DNA of 61,199 bases, filler included, from Platydemus manokwari (GCA_037951405.1; 5 parts of 5 records of this genome joined end to end with filler, not necessarily neighbours in it); one strand, 5' to 3'. Counted from the first letter of the whole stretch, positions 38,500 through 51,834 are shown. The notes: generated by a model from the letters alone, not told the origin. Program-made: numbers and translations.

Positions 38500-39560
38500 T
38501 CTTAGGGTTGATGTTTATTTCAGAGGGATATTAATGTACAAAATAAAGACCAATTGAACGAAGGCACTATCCAAGAAGATATATGACTATATGGTTTTAC
38601 AGCTTTTCTAAAAGCAGTGAGATATTGAATAAAAACATAATCAGCAGTTTCTGTATTGCATCGTTGACAGATTGATATTTCCCAACTTTACCAAACTAGA
38701 ATGAGACATTAAGAAGTTGAAGGTCATTTATATCAAAGTGAATGAAGATCTAAACTTCAAGCTGAAGTTTACAGGCTTTCATTTTGGAGTAAAATGAAAT
38801 AAAACTAGGTAGTGAACAAGTTGGCCTTTTCGTTGGAAAGTAATCCTTTTGTGAAAGAGGCTATTTTGAACAGAATCATGCAGATTGTCTTACAGTTTAC
38901 TACCATTCTCGATAAAGAAAAAGTAAGATTTCTCAGGCCTTAGTACAATTCTCAGCAATATTTGAAAATTTGGTGATAGAAAGTAATATTTTTGAAGTTT
39001 CCGAACATATAAGTGAATCCTTGATCACCCACCAGAATTAATATATTTTACAAAATAAAATTAGTCACTGATTCAAAGGAAAAAATTTTGAGATCAGATA
39101 GGAATGGCAGAAATGACTTGTGATGTTGACGAATTGAGAGATTAAAAGCATCGGAATAAATGTTCTTCGAAAAGAAAGGCGCAAAAGATACTTTGAACAC
39201 AATGGTAAAGAAGAGAATCCTAAACCATCAAATTTTTGAGAAAAGTATAACAAAGGGACATTCGACGATTTCGATGAATTCATTCTACGAATTTCACGAG
39301 AAATTCTGTGCCAAATGTTTGTGATTTGGAGTTGTCTGGTTCAAGGTAACATCGTGGGATAAAAAATAGTAATTTGAATTCGCCAAAAAGGATGATGGCA
39401 TGTAAGGCGAAAGTGATAAAAGATTGTGTAGGCTGGAATTTTTGAGAAGACTTGATGGCATTATTTTATCAATTTAGAAGAGGTCCACAAGAAGATTACA
39501 AGATTCGAGACAGTTATTACATGAGCAGGCTAAGTCATAATGTAACGAATAAGGTTAAAG
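38500..39560 (+). mobile_element. Heavily decayed retroelement pol-like region
   Basis: Purine-biased broken frames with weak integrase-like remnants (FYEFHEKFC, RRGP..YKI). Confidence 0.3.
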
Positions 39561-40146
39561 TAAATAGTATTATTATCTCTAAGTTTACTCTTCTACGTTT
39601 TGCAGGAGTTGTTTCAGGAATATGCAGTTATATTGTCTAAGCATTCAAAGAGCATTCATTGTCAATAAGCTTATATTAAATTATTATTATCTATTTCTAA
39701 TGATACTCATTTACAATTTTTATTATATTTTATTAAGTATGATACAACATGACACCAAAAATTACAAACAAATCTCGAATATAAATATTAATGTAAAGAT
39801 GTCCAACTGCCTGTTGGAAGCCAGGTTTATTTTATTTTGAAAAGTATGCTGAGTGTATTTATTTTCCTTCTATTTTTGGAATCAGATATTTGTTAATTGA
39901 TCACGAGTAACCCAACAATCTATATAAGATGTAGCCATTTATTAAACATAATAACTTGTGATTTAGGTACTTTTTAAAGTTATTTAAATGAATGATCTAT
40001 TAACGAAATATAAACGTTATCAAAAAACATTTTTCTGTTAAAATTTATTTGTCACTTTCCACCCTTACTTAAATATATTTTAAATTAAAGTAATCAATAA
40101 ATATATTGGTGATAGAATATGCATTAATTGCTTTATATAACTCATT

Positions 40147-43100
40147 ATGGCTCTTTGTCAATTTGATAGTCCGAAATTCAATCCAAATATACCCATTCTA
40201 AAGAGAAAAACCCATTTTTCCAATATTAATGTTCTGTCGTTTGATAAATCTCTTCTGACTGTTTCTCGATTACCAGTGAGAAACAAATCGAAATCAATGT
40301 CAGATCAAAATCACAAATTTAATGACAAATTTGGAAAATTAAAGTTACAACGTTGTTCAGTGTCTCCATGGTCGGATTTGAGTACAGATTCTGAAAGGCT
40401 GAGAACATATTCTGGTTCGATTTCGAGATTAAAATCAGCGAATTTTCTCAATATAAAAACTGAAATCAAATCAAGAAATCCTCAACCAAATGCCGTTCGT
40501 TCCATTTTCAATCGACCACACCAGAAACATGGTCGCAAATTTCAGCTGCCAATACATCGGAATAACAGTTCGTGTGGCAAATTGACAAAACTGGATATCC
40601 ATCATTTAATACCTGATTATATTTCTCCCAACACCCAAAAGATTGGTGGTGTGACTTCCAATGTTCATTTTAAAAAGGCGCCATCGATGGAAATATTGAA
40701 TAAAGATAATGGCAAGCGAAAATTGAAAACTTGTTCCACTAGTATTTTCAGATTGTTTCGAATGAAAATCGATTTATATCGAGAAAAGTATAAATCTGAA
40801 AATGTTAAAAATTTCAATGAAAATGAAACTACCAATCGTTTGTTATCTAGTCGAATGGATAGCTATCGAATTGTTGATCATCCATTATCGAAAGAATTTC
40901 TACTGAAACTCTATAATGAATGTAGGAAATTAAATGGAAACATCGTCAAATTATCCAAAGATACAACTGAGTTCAATAGTCGAGTTAGAAATCTTAATTC
41001 CATGGAAAATCTACTGAACCGATATCAAACACTTTTTTACAATATTAATGGTAAATTGGAATCGAAAACCAAATCTATGAATTCGATGAATAAAATAAGG
41101 AGTTCCTCAATTGATGAAAGTGTTATCAATGAACCAACCTGTCGTCATCAAAGATCGCATAGTGATTATATTTCGGCTAAAGGCGTTGAAAAAATTCGCA
41201 ACGACAATGATGGACACTATTACCATTTAGCGTGTGTATTGTCTACTGATCCAATTAATTCATCATTGAACTGCTCGAAAACCAATGAAAAACGAGTAAA
41301 ACTATTATCCGAAAACAAAAGTAAAACCAGTAAAAATCATTGCCCAATCACTGGTGAAATTACAAATCCTGTGACCCATAAAACTCATTCATCACTAAGT
41401 TTAAAAACCAATCTAAACTTCCGTACGAGTTCAAAAAATCGTGACAAACAAGCGAGATTTAACGAAAACAATGTTCCTGAGTTTGATGATACGCTTTGTG
41501 ATTTAGATGATGATATGAAAACTGATAGTTTGGAAGACTTCAAAGTTAAATTTAAAGACATAAAATCTCCTGGTAGTCTCAGTAGTTATTTAACGGCAAA
41601 TGAAAATTTCCCAACTTTGAAATCGAAAAACAAAGACCCAACAAATCAATATAAACGAGATTCCAATATCGGATCTCTGTCATTTGAAATGCCACCTGAT
41701 TTACCAGTTAAAGATTTTGCAATAGGTGTACCTTCTCAAATCAGTTATCCTAATATTGAACCACCGGAATTATTTCCAAAATCGATAAGTAATTCTAAAC
41801 CTCCATTGATTTCTACTGGATCTCAATTACCGGTTTCTCAATATGTAGCAGTGTTCGAAAAGCAATTTCCTCAAAGAATGGTTTTAGTCAATCCATCAAA
41901 TAATATCGACAATCCAAAGGTCAGTTTTGAAAATCAGAAATTTTCCAAGTTCTCTAGCAGTATCACTGTAAATTGCAATAAAGATGATAAAAACAAAACA
42001 AAAAGCATGTTGCATAAGGCACAGGATTTACGTAGTTTCTTTAATCCATTCAAACCTCCCAAATTTATGCAATACCTTAATGCAAATAATAATAATTCTT
42101 CTAGTCCAATAAATGATCCAGACTCTCAAAATCCCTTGGAAACTATAAATGATAAATTTAAAATAGATTCACATCGCAATCGTTCTGATCATGACAAAGA
42201 TCATCAACAGAATAATGACGACTATTTAAATAACCAAGCGAGTAATGCAATTGAAGATTTAACTACTAATCCCAACGAGCAACCATTGCAAAGAATAGCA
42301 CCGTTGACAACGTTACTGAAGCATTCAAGAGATTCTGATAAAATGAATTCAGTTTTTAATACATCAAGTAATCTTGGAAGAACAAGTCCTCAGAATAATA
42401 CATATATTGAAAAACAGCGTCAAAAGAAACTTATTAGGCAAAAGGAACAGCATCAGAAAGCGAAAGATATGGCACTTGAAGCAGCTCGGTTAAGGAAAGA
42501 ACGTCAAGCCGAAATACAGTCTCTAGAGAGTTTTGATTCAACAAGAATCGTTGAAAGATTATTTACTGAAAACACAGATTTAAATTACCCTGAGTTTAGT
42601 TTGTACGATGCATGCCATTATAATTTTACCAAGAAGAAAACTGTTAAACCAAGACCATTAGTCGAAAGCACAATTACTGGTATCCTTCCTGAGGAACCTG
42701 CTAAGTCACCAGAACCACCCAAATCCCCAGTGACGGATGAAAAATTTAGAAATCAACCTATACAATTAGTTAAGCGAGTCCACGTTAAAAAAGAATTCTC
42801 TAAAAAAGATTTAGAAAAATATGAACCCATCGGTTATTCAAGACAATCACCAGCAGTTTCTAAAGTGAACTCGAGACTCAGTGAACCTGTAAAAATTGAA
42901 ACTAAAAATACAGTTGTAAATAAAGTTTCAGAAACCAAAAACCGTTCTCCTTCTAAATCTAATTCATCTATTTCTAGTGAAACAAACACTAAAAAATCAT
43001 CATCTGAGTCCTTTTCATCATATTCTACTCAGTCGTCTTCGTCAGAATCTCAATCATCTTCTGATCACTCGATCAGGGTAAAACATAAGCATTCTAAAAT

Positions 43101-43782
43101 TAAGTCGAAATCAAAGAAAATGGAAAAACATAAATCTAAAGAAAAAAGAAAAATAGAGAAAGAAATCGAGTCGAAGAAAAAAAAGAGATCCAAATCAATT
43201 ATAAAAAACGATACATCACTTAAAAATGTAATTCAAACTGAATCAATTAAAGATAATTTTAAAATCGAAAATAAATTTAAATTCGACACAAAAGAACTGG
43301 AACCAAAATTAAAAGATGTCAATAAAGTAAATTCTAATCAACCATTAAAGATTGAAGATCATCATAAAAAGACTGAAAAACCGAAAGTTCAAGTAAGTAA
43401 TACTGTGACAACTACTGATGCGATTATGAATACAGAAAATGAAAGTCAATTCGACCAAACACCAAGAAGCGTCGATAATAATGTATCTATTATTCAAGTT
43501 AATGAAGAAGAAATTTGCAATCTTTCTCTACCAAAAGATTCAATTTCCAAAATAGTTGACTGTCATTTAAATTTTCCAAGAGGTTATAATGAGAATATCA
43601 TTGATAGAACCTTATCTATTAACATTAATATTCCCACTCCAGATACCAGTTTATCTGCTTTCGTTCAAGAACTAAATAGTCAACTCCATAGTTTATCTGA
43701 TACTGTTGATATTCTTATGAAAAGAATGGATATTTTTGAAGCCAATTTATTGGATTCCTCCAAATATTTTCTCTACAAATGA
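40147..43782 (+). CDS. Uncharacterized 1211-aa low-complexity protein (Ser/Lys/Asn-rich, Pro-rich patches, short coiled coils)
   Basis: A 3.6-kb open frame is far beyond chance in this composition. The ATG sits in an AT-rich context and AATAAA occurs near 43912. No recognisable globular domain. Confidence 0.85.
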   Translation: MALCQFDSPKFNPNIPILKRKTHFSNINVLSFDKSLLTVSRLPVRNKSKSMSDQNHKFNDKFGKLKLQRCSVSPWSDLSTDSERLRTYSGSISRLKSANFLNIKTEIKSRNPQPNAVRSIFNRPHQKHGRKFQLPIHRNNSSCGKLTKLDIHHLIPDYISPNTQKIGGVTSNVHFKKAPSMEILNKDNGKRKLKTCSTSIFRLFRMKIDLYREKYKSENVKNFNENETTNRLLSSRMDSYRIVDHPLSKEFLLKLYNECRKLNGNIVKLSKDTTEFNSRVRNLNSMENLLNRYQTLFYNINGKLESKTKSMNSMNKIRSSSIDESVINEPTCRHQRSHSDYISAKGVEKIRNDNDGHYYHLACVLSTDPINSSLNCSKTNEKRVKLLSENKSKTSKNHCPITGEITNPVTHKTHSSLSLKTNLNFRTSSKNRDKQARFNENNVPEFDDTLCDLDDDMKTDSLEDFKVKFKDIKSPGSLSSYLTANENFPTLKSKNKDPTNQYKRDSNIGSLSFEMPPDLPVKDFAIGVPSQISYPNIEPPELFPKSISNSKPPLISTGSQLPVSQYVAVFEKQFPQRMVLVNPSNNIDNPKVSFENQKFSKFSSSITVNCNKDDKNKTKSMLHKAQDLRSFFNPFKPPKFMQYLNANNNNSSSPINDPDSQNPLETINDKFKIDSHRNRSDHDKDHQQNNDDYLNNQASNAIEDLTTNPNEQPLQRIAPLTTLLKHSRDSDKMNSVFNTSSNLGRTSPQNNTYIEKQRQKKLIRQKEQHQKAKDMALEAARLRKERQAEIQSLESFDSTRIVERLFTENTDLNYPEFSLYDACHYNFTKKKTVKPRPLVESTITGILPEEPAKSPEPPKSPVTDEKFRNQPIQLVKRVHVKKEFSKKDLEKYEPIGYSRQSPAVSKVNSRLSEPVKIETKNTVVNKVSETKNRSPSKSNSSISSETNTKKSSSESFSSYSTQSSSSESQSSSDHSIRVKHKHSKIKSKSKKMEKHKSKEKRKIEKEIESKKKKRSKSIIKNDTSLKNVIQTESIKDNFKIENKFKFDTKELEPKLKDVNKVNSNQPLKIEDHHKKTEKPKVQVSNTVTTTDAIMNTENESQFDQTPRSVDNNVSIIQVNEEEICNLSLPKDSISKIVDCHLNFPRGYNENIIDRTLSININIPTPDTSLSAFVQELNSQLHSLSDTVDILMKRMDIFEANLLDSSKYFLYK

Positions 43783-44599
43783 AAAGTTTAACTCCACGTG
43801 TGGTTGGTTGTTAGATTAGTAATTTTCTATATGAAAACACTTTATTTATTATATATGACGGGTTATGTGATCATCTTAATTAGGTATGACATACCTATTG
43901 GGGATGAAAATAATAAATAAACACATTTATATTCGAATTTTGAATTTAAATATGATCTTTGAGGATCTTTATTACAATAAAATTTCAACTAATGCATTCA
44001 TTTCACAGGATGTGTCGGATTGCAAATGTAAGCCTTGCTTATAACTAAATGAAATCAATAATAAAATAATCATTTTGGTATCGAAAATTGAGAATACATT
44101 TATTTTTCAGGAATGACTTAATTTAGGTCATTATTTCAAGTCCTATCAAAATGCATACTAGAAGTAAAGGAATATCTTTGTAAGTTAAGTTTCGTAAAAC
44201 ATCGTGTGATGTTGGTTATCTAATTGTAGGTTTCAAAAGGTTTGACGTTATATAATAAGAAATTGTTGAAAAGAAAATCCAATTTTACTGTTTTTTAACC
44301 CAATCAGTTATCTTTGAACTATAAATTAAAATTATCATTTGTGAAAGTTGTTTCAGAAATCACAGAAAAAATAAACTAGACTGCGAAGTAAAGCATCTTA
44401 CAAAAGTACGTACAGCATTTTCATATTCATGCCTTTAACTTTTGAAAATGAACGATTGGAATAAGTTCAATTTTATGCAATTTAAGTGAATAATACGAAA
44501 GTGTATTATCATGTGACTATGTGGTATCTTTTTAATATCCTTGTGTTATTATTGTTGCTAATTAGTTATCATTTATAATAGATTATTAATAGAAATCAA

Positions 44600-45330
44600 T
44601 GCTGAAAATTATTATTTGAATCATAACGAATTACAAATTCAAATAGTCACCAAATACAATTAAAAATTATAGTAAACCAACAATAGATATCACTTAAAAC
44701 GAAATCGGCACCAGTAAATTGAATACAAAACAGAACACAACCACGAAAGCACTCATGTAAAAGTCACACAGAACGAGAGTTACAACTGGCAGTTGCTCTT
44801 AAAATCAAACTTCCTTTATAGATATCATATGTTCAATCGATGTATCAGGGCTTCACTCTTCATTCGATAGAGTTGTCCACACGTCAGTCTGTTAATAAAT
44901 TTTTTCGACATCTCTCGTGTCATTTATGAATCCTGGTGTTTTCCGCCATTTGTTGATATGTACTAGTCTATTATTGAATTCTAAATATGAACTGATATAT
45001 TGAAGGTACCTGATTGATTATTGGCACGTGCACTTATCAAATTTGTGTATATCGACCATTTGAGGGCTATTTCCATGGTTTTCGTGAATATTTTGGTCGT
45101 TTTTTGTGACAACCAACAATTATAAACGTAGGAGTCCGTGTTCGACATTGAATATCCAATTTTCGTTAAGCCATTAATTGAAACTCAATTACATGAACCT
45201 ATACAGTTTTATAAAACGATTTTACCACTACTTTGGATTATCACTAGCTTCATCATAATCGATATGTCAGTTACAATTCGATGAAAGGGATGTAAGAATT
45301 GAAAGTAACTTAAAAGGCTATCTAATGTAG
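44600..45330 (-). mobile_element. Probable solo LTR (Gypsy-type)
   Basis: The minus strand has TATAAAGG followed ~25 nt later by GCCAGTT and a GT-rich tract, the same layout as 51013-51734. Boundaries and TSD were not resolved. Confidence 0.35.
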
Positions 45331-45693
45331 GAATCTATATAGAGAACAAATTAATTTTAATAAAAAGTTATTTGTTAGTAGTTGAGTTATGTAATTGTTT
45401 CTTAATTTTTATGAAAATTGCAAATTATTAATAATTATAAGTATTTGAAATAAAATCAAGTGACAGAATTAACAAAGTGATATAAATTAAACTAATTTAA
45501 TTAAATAATATTGATAACTTTATAATATAAATATATAATAAATTTTAAAAAATATAAATCATGCTAATATTGAAACAAAAAGAAGAAAAATGAACTTGTA
45601 CTTTTAATGTATCAGTTTATATTTATTTCTAACTTAAATTGTTTAAGTTTTTAATTTATTTTATAAACTATTGTGCTGAGAAATTAATTTATT

Positions 45694-47662
45694 ATGCCTC
45701 TGCAGCCTAGCATTACAAACAGTTATTCAATGGATATTATTATAAAAATATGCGGTACTTTGATAACTTTTATTATTTTTATCTTTGTTTCTGCTTGGCA
45801 TTTAACTCGAAGGGTGAGTGAAAGAATTAATTCATTAAATTTTATTTCATTTTTTAATGGCATTTTAGAAATATAAATTTCCTCATTTTATTCAACAATC
45901 TTATTCAATTACCAACGTGAAAGATTTATTCAATTATTGTTTTCTTAATATTTGCTATAAAGAAAGTAAAGATAATTTCAATTGTGGAGTTATCGCTGCT
46001 TGGGCTTTTGAGAAAAGAATGGCAGTAGTTATTAACGATATCAATTGGTGCTTGAGGGATAAGCCAAATCTAATTATTAGTGCTCCATTTTCATTAATGC
46101 CAAGTCCGTGTTAAAATAATTTTATTGTAGATTGCGCAATATTAGTACTAGTATTAATCAGTAGTTTTAATTAAAATTTTAAAAATGTCATTTATTTGAG
46201 TAACGAAATTCTTTGAACAAATAAATTTTATTATTATTTCTACGTTGTAAATTATTATTGCACATAATTTCAAGTTAATAATTGCATTCAGTTCAAATCT
46301 TTTATTTTATATAGTTATATAAAAACGTGGCTTTCACATTCTTTTTTAAGTTCAATTTATTTTATTAAAAAGTTTCTACTTGATTTGAGTGTTGAAATTT
46401 TCTCGTACAATTGCTCGATTATGATTGGTTATTTTTCGATTTCAGAATCGATTAAACAAAAATGGAATGGGATTATATTTAGTCATGATTCTACAGAAGC
46501 CGATGTTTTGCGTTGTCTTGTTGTCAAAGGCTTTGAATCGATAGATTGGTGTGTGATTGAAAAATCAATTAATTTCGGTTTGCGATTAACAGACGCCAAT
46601 GAAATCGATATTGAATTGAGTTCACAGTTGATAGCATTTGAATCGGTTATGGGTTATTCTGTTGATAAAGAAAATGTTGAGAAAAAAATCACATTCGTTT
46701 CTAAAATCGTAGGATTGTTAAAAGAATTCTCTGATTATTTTTATCATGGTAAATTAACGCTAAATGATGAACTGTTATCATCCAATTATGCATCCCAATA
46801 TGCCGAAAGTGTGACGAAACTTCTGCAACCAGTTGTGGAATCGGCAATTTACCATAGTGATACACAATACAGTAATACGGAATTGGTGAATATTGTCAGT
46901 GAAAATGTTTTGTCACAAATTGCTAAGCTGAGACATCATTTGAGAGAAGAAAATGCCAGTTGCAATTTGTTAACCGTCAATCATTTCTGTCATGTGATAT
47001 TTGAACATTTTTTCGTTTTGAACGAATTGTTGGCCAAGTGTCTGAGAGGAATCCAGTATTTATCGAAAATCTCACCGGATATTATCGATGCTGTCAGAAA
47101 TGAATTGATTAAAGAAGCCAGTTTGACAAATGACAATCAAATAAAACTATCCGAATACCATTTGGAAGCCAGTACCAGTCTGGTTTACACGAAATCTGTG
47201 GCCCAGGAACTGTTGAGAGTGTTGGGAATTGGAGTCGATTTTGATCTTCGTTTGACGGAAAGAGATGGATCGGTGGGTGGATTCGATTTGAAAGAGAAAA
47301 CGGTGGTTGTATTGAATCATTTTGCATTCACTCGTAGCAAATGTTACCATGTCAACAATAGCACCGATGCTGAACTGTTCCGACCGGGCAGATTCGTCAA
47401 ATATGATTCGTCGGATGAAAAATATATTTTCTTCAATTCCGATAAACTCGTCGCATTTCAGGATCAATGGCACATTGTGGGATTGCCTCGCAATTTCATT
47501 TGCAGACTCATGATGCTGTTATTGATTAAAATGGCATCGGCTGATTTCGTATTGGATATGAAAAATGCACCGATCAACGAGTCGATGCGACAGCAATACG
47601 AATTGCTATCTGATCTCGACAAGACGTTCATTTGGGACTGGAACGATCTGATTGATGATTGA
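45694..47662 (+). CDS. Uncharacterized ~523-aa protein with an N-terminal transmembrane/signal anchor, 3 exons
   Basis: Exons 45694-45813 (GTGAGT donor, phase 0), 45869-46103 (phase 1) and 46446-47662 (TTTCAG acceptor) join three listed ORFs into one frame of 1572 nt. Hydrophobic IIIKICGTLITFIIFIFVSAW is followed by basic HLTRRKYK. Confidence 0.75.
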
Positions 47663-49249
47663 TCTCAATTTTTCAATATTTGTATTACTTTTATTATGTG
47701 CAATATCTTTAGAAATTTATCTTGAGAAAGTTTTTCTAATAAAATCCATTTATTGTTCGTTTTTTCTTTCGGTATTATCATAAATCCATTAATTATAAAA
47801 TAATAATAATAATAGTAACAGAAAGTGCAAATTTCTCTTGGCAACCACGTGTGTATGTAAAATAAATCAAATGATTTCATTATCAAATGAGCAAGGAAAT
47901 CAAATGAATGATTGGCTGTTAAAATCGATTTTTGTGATTGAGTGTGTATGTTTCTATCACTATGAAATCGATTATGATTCATCGTCATTTAAAGTGGCAA
48001 GAGAACTAATCAAACTGAAAATAGGAATTTCAAATTAAAATTTTTTGAAGAATTAATTGATACCTCGAAATAAATAATTATTCAATCTCAAATAATTATA
48101 AATTAAGCCACTTGTGGAATTCATTATCATGAACAATGGAATTATCTGTTTACACTGCGATTCTGAAAAGGTTAGATTTGGGTTGGAAAAATCAGATTAT
48201 CACAAGAATTTCAGTTATTGTTTGCAATACTAAACTAACAACACGATTTGTAAATCATTGATGCGAGTTGTTGAAATAATTATTGATATTTTCAAAATAC
48301 TTTTCCGAATTGAAAATTTGTGCGATACTCTAAACTTTTACAATACTTTAATGATACCAAGTCACATGATAGAACTTTATCATAGATGATAATATTATCA
48401 ATATTAAAATTGTTTTAATTAGAGTAGGAACTTGATATAACGATTCTGTTTTAACGAATATTTCACATTATCAGCCCTCAAAAATGGTTAAAAATGTGAA
48501 AAATAAAATTAAAGCTTGATTTTACGAATCGGATACATTTAATTGTGAGGGGTTTGGTGGGGATTTTATTTACATTTAATGTTTGAAGATCTATGAAGTT
48601 ATATAAATAATTGGAAGCCTATAGTTCTGTTTATTTCTGTACTCTATTTCCCCAACATGTAAGAGAACTTATTCGTCAACTATATTTCATTGTTTTGTTC
48701 GACGTAATCGGTTTAATATTTAAAGCAAGTGAATATTTTGGCTTATCCATTTAATAGGAGGAAATATTATTTAAGTAGCTTAAAATACAATAATATTATC
48801 AAAATATAATTAAATTATATATTTCTTAATCATGCTCATATGTTCAAAGAATTGTAGTGAAAATTGGATTAATTATTATAAAAAGTGGGATTGAATGAAG
48901 TTATTAAATGTACAAATGCATCCGATGTGGATAAATTATTCACTCCATTAATAATGAATTAAGCGATACAGCATTAGATAATGTCAATTTTTCTTGATGT
49001 GTGTGCTATTTTAAAAATATCTTTGATGACGCATGTTCCAGGTGCTTAAACAGGCATGTACATTTTCTTACAAAAAGCGTTCTTTAAGAGATGTCTTAGT
49101 TAATGAATAATCAGAATATTCTTAATACTAGAGTTAGATAAAATATCTGAGATATGTATTCAGCATTACTTTTTGGATTAATAAAATTTATGACATCATG
49201 TTGTGTTCTTACTGGCTAATACGGTGTAATTAATGCGTTAACTTGAGCC

Positions 49250-51012
49250 AGACGAGAAGAAAGACAAAATATAGTAGAAGAGATAAACGTGAAGATGATG
49301 AATAGTTCGCAGATGCTATGGAAGGCACATGATAAACCATGGAGAGTGATAGAGTGCAAAAGAGCTAAGCTAGAAATTTCATAAGAGTCTGATGCATCAA
49401 TAATGATAATGAGTAAAGGTAGCTGGTAACGTATTGAAAAGCTACATATAATGAAGCCCTAAGTAAAATTGCCCGACTTTTCTGATAAGCTGTAATCTAG
49501 TCTGGGAAAGACAAAAATTCCAATAGTCTGGAATAAAAAATATTCTAATAAATATTATTATAGTTAAGGAAATTTAACCCGCATTTATTTGTAGATAATA
49601 TGAAGAAATGCAGAATATGTTTAGAAGAAATGAAAAGAATCGATGCAATAGATGTAGACAGGAACCACGGTGATGATGTTAGAATATAAATAGCTATTAA
49701 GAGTATTGACATTTCATTTTGAAAGTGTATCCAGGAAAATGGTTCGATTTTTATGGCTTCTCGATTCGACTTAGAACTATTAGTCACAAAGTCCGAACTA
49801 AAGTGGAACAAATTGAACAAAATTCCAGACAGTAATGTAATAAAATTCAAGATCTGATAGAAAATGGTCTATTTGTGCCTTACAGAAATCACACTCTTGG
49901 AATTCACACTTTGAAGTAGTTTCCGAAAAATATGAATCAATAAGAATGTGCCTAGATTATCGGAAATTAAATGAACGAACCAAAAAAATTGTTTTTCAGA
50001 AATCTGATATTCAAGAATTACTGAATTCATTGAATAAGACATTTATTTTTTCAGCAATAGAATGATGTCAAGGATACTACGAAGTCGAGCTTTAGGAAAA
50101 ATTTAAGTTCAAAACCGCTATCAGTATACGGACGAAACAGAGTTGCATTTTAATATGTCGCATTTCAGACCTTATACTGCTCAAGTAACTTTTTTAGATT
50201 TGCAATGTTTAGAAACTGAATTTGCAAAGTTATTCTTGTTCACTTGGGTGACATAAGAATAAGTTTTGATACTAAATATAAAATAAATATACTTATTAGA
50301 AAAATATTTTCTCAGGTACCTTTAAAAAAGTCTTAGAATTTATAATAATTAATAGAGCTTTGATTGAACAAGGACGATAGGAAATCAAAGATTTATTTAA
50401 AGAAAATTAACCTGAACTGGAGAATGACTAAATTTCACATTTAAAAATGTATGAAGAAACCATAAATAAATTTAACTATCCGTTCTTTGAATACTGAAAA
50501 TGCTCCGTATTATTTAGGTTAAAAAAAACGATAAATTAAAAGTAAGTGTTTATAAACTTAAAATTGATAAGTTTTTGAATGGAAAGAGTTCTGAAATAAT
50601 TATTATCTCGTTACAATAAATTTAAAAAAATAAGTACGCTATATTTTAAACTGGTTTAAAGCATTACATTTTGATATGTGGTCAAATGTTTGGTATTACA
50701 TTACCTATTGTACTTAATTTTTCTGGAATGGGAATTTTTCCTACAATTAATTTATATTGTGATACTAGAAACAGTTTATTAACAACAGTAAATAGATGTA
50801 TTATGTAGTGCTTCCATATTATATTAAATAAAAAAAAGATTTATAGAAAAGTTTGTGAAGCAATTAACCACGGGATTCAAAAACTTTATTTATTCCAACT
50901 AAAAGCTTTGAAGAAATATTTAAAGATAAAAAAGATATTTTCAAAGGTTTAAGGGAAGAAATTTTAAAAATAAAGGATAATAATAAATTACTAAAAGAAG
51001 CTGAACTTGAAC
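49250..51012 (+). mobile_element. Decayed, internally deleted Ty3/Gypsy internal region
   Basis: RT motifs SWNSHFEVVSEKYESIRMCLDYRKLNERTKK (~49895-49987) and FSAIE*CQGYYEV (~50050-50090). Confidence 0.8.
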
Positions 51013-51734
51013 ATGTTAGAAATTGTTGAATATAATATCTATTATGTATTTCTTCCATTTGTTGGGTATATCACGAATCAGTCAAAAGGGTCGCAAGAAC
51101 CAATGAAGGAACCTTAAAAAGGTCGATACACACAGACCCGATAAACACACATGTTGTTAACCAATCAGATTCGTTCTAATGTTAATCCATATTTAGAAGC
51201 TAAGAATCGACATGCACATACCTACAAATGGCAGCAAGCTTAAATATCCGCCAATGGCACGTGAGATGTAAGGAAAATCTCGAGTAAATTGATCCACGAA
51301 CAAATTCAGTAAATGGAAAATGAAGATCCGTGATATCAAGCAAACACACCCGATAGGACTATAAAGGAGGTTGAGTTCCACGGATTTTTGCCAGTCATTT
51401 TTGGTGGTTAACTTCAGTGCTTAGCATTTGTGTGATTTTAGTAATCAGTCTTTTTGATTACTCTTCATTCTGTTTTTGATTTTCGGGCTCTGATCCCGTC
51501 TTGAGTGATTTCCTTTGTGAATGGCGTAAACATTTGCTGTTGTTATTATTGAGACTTTGAGTGTAATATTTTAGTTGATACAAATTTTCAGATCTAAATT
51601 GTTGATTGATAACCGAAACACTACTGTAATTACTGAATATTTTAAAGAGAAAGAACCAGAGTTAAAATATCACCAATCATATTATAGTATTGTTATAGAC
51701 ACTATATTATTTAATCCTTAAATTTCGTAATCCT
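51013..51734 (+). mobile_element. Probable 3' LTR of the Gypsy remnant
   Basis: Follows the pol remnant. It has a relatively GC-richer U3-like part, TATAAAGG at 51360, then GCCAGTC and a T-rich tract. It runs into the gap. Confidence 0.45.
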
Positions 51735-51834
51735 NNNNNNNNNNNNNNNNNNNNNNNNNNNNNNNNNNNNNNNNNNNNTTAATTAATTAANNNNNNNNNN
51801 NNNNNNNNNNNNNNNNNNNNNNNNNNNNNNNNNN
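51735..51834. other. Artificial contig linker
   Basis: 44N-TTAATTAATTAA-44N. Confidence 0.97.

Noticed and set aside
44009-44179. Two small exon-like blocks with good splice sites between the two orphan ORFs
   Set aside because: They could not be joined in frame to either ORF. They may be UTR exons but are unsupported as CDS.
45694-45900. N-terminal anchor plus basic/Pro segment resembling a cytochrome P450
   Set aside because: There is no FxxGxRxCxG heme-binding motif in the downstream protein.
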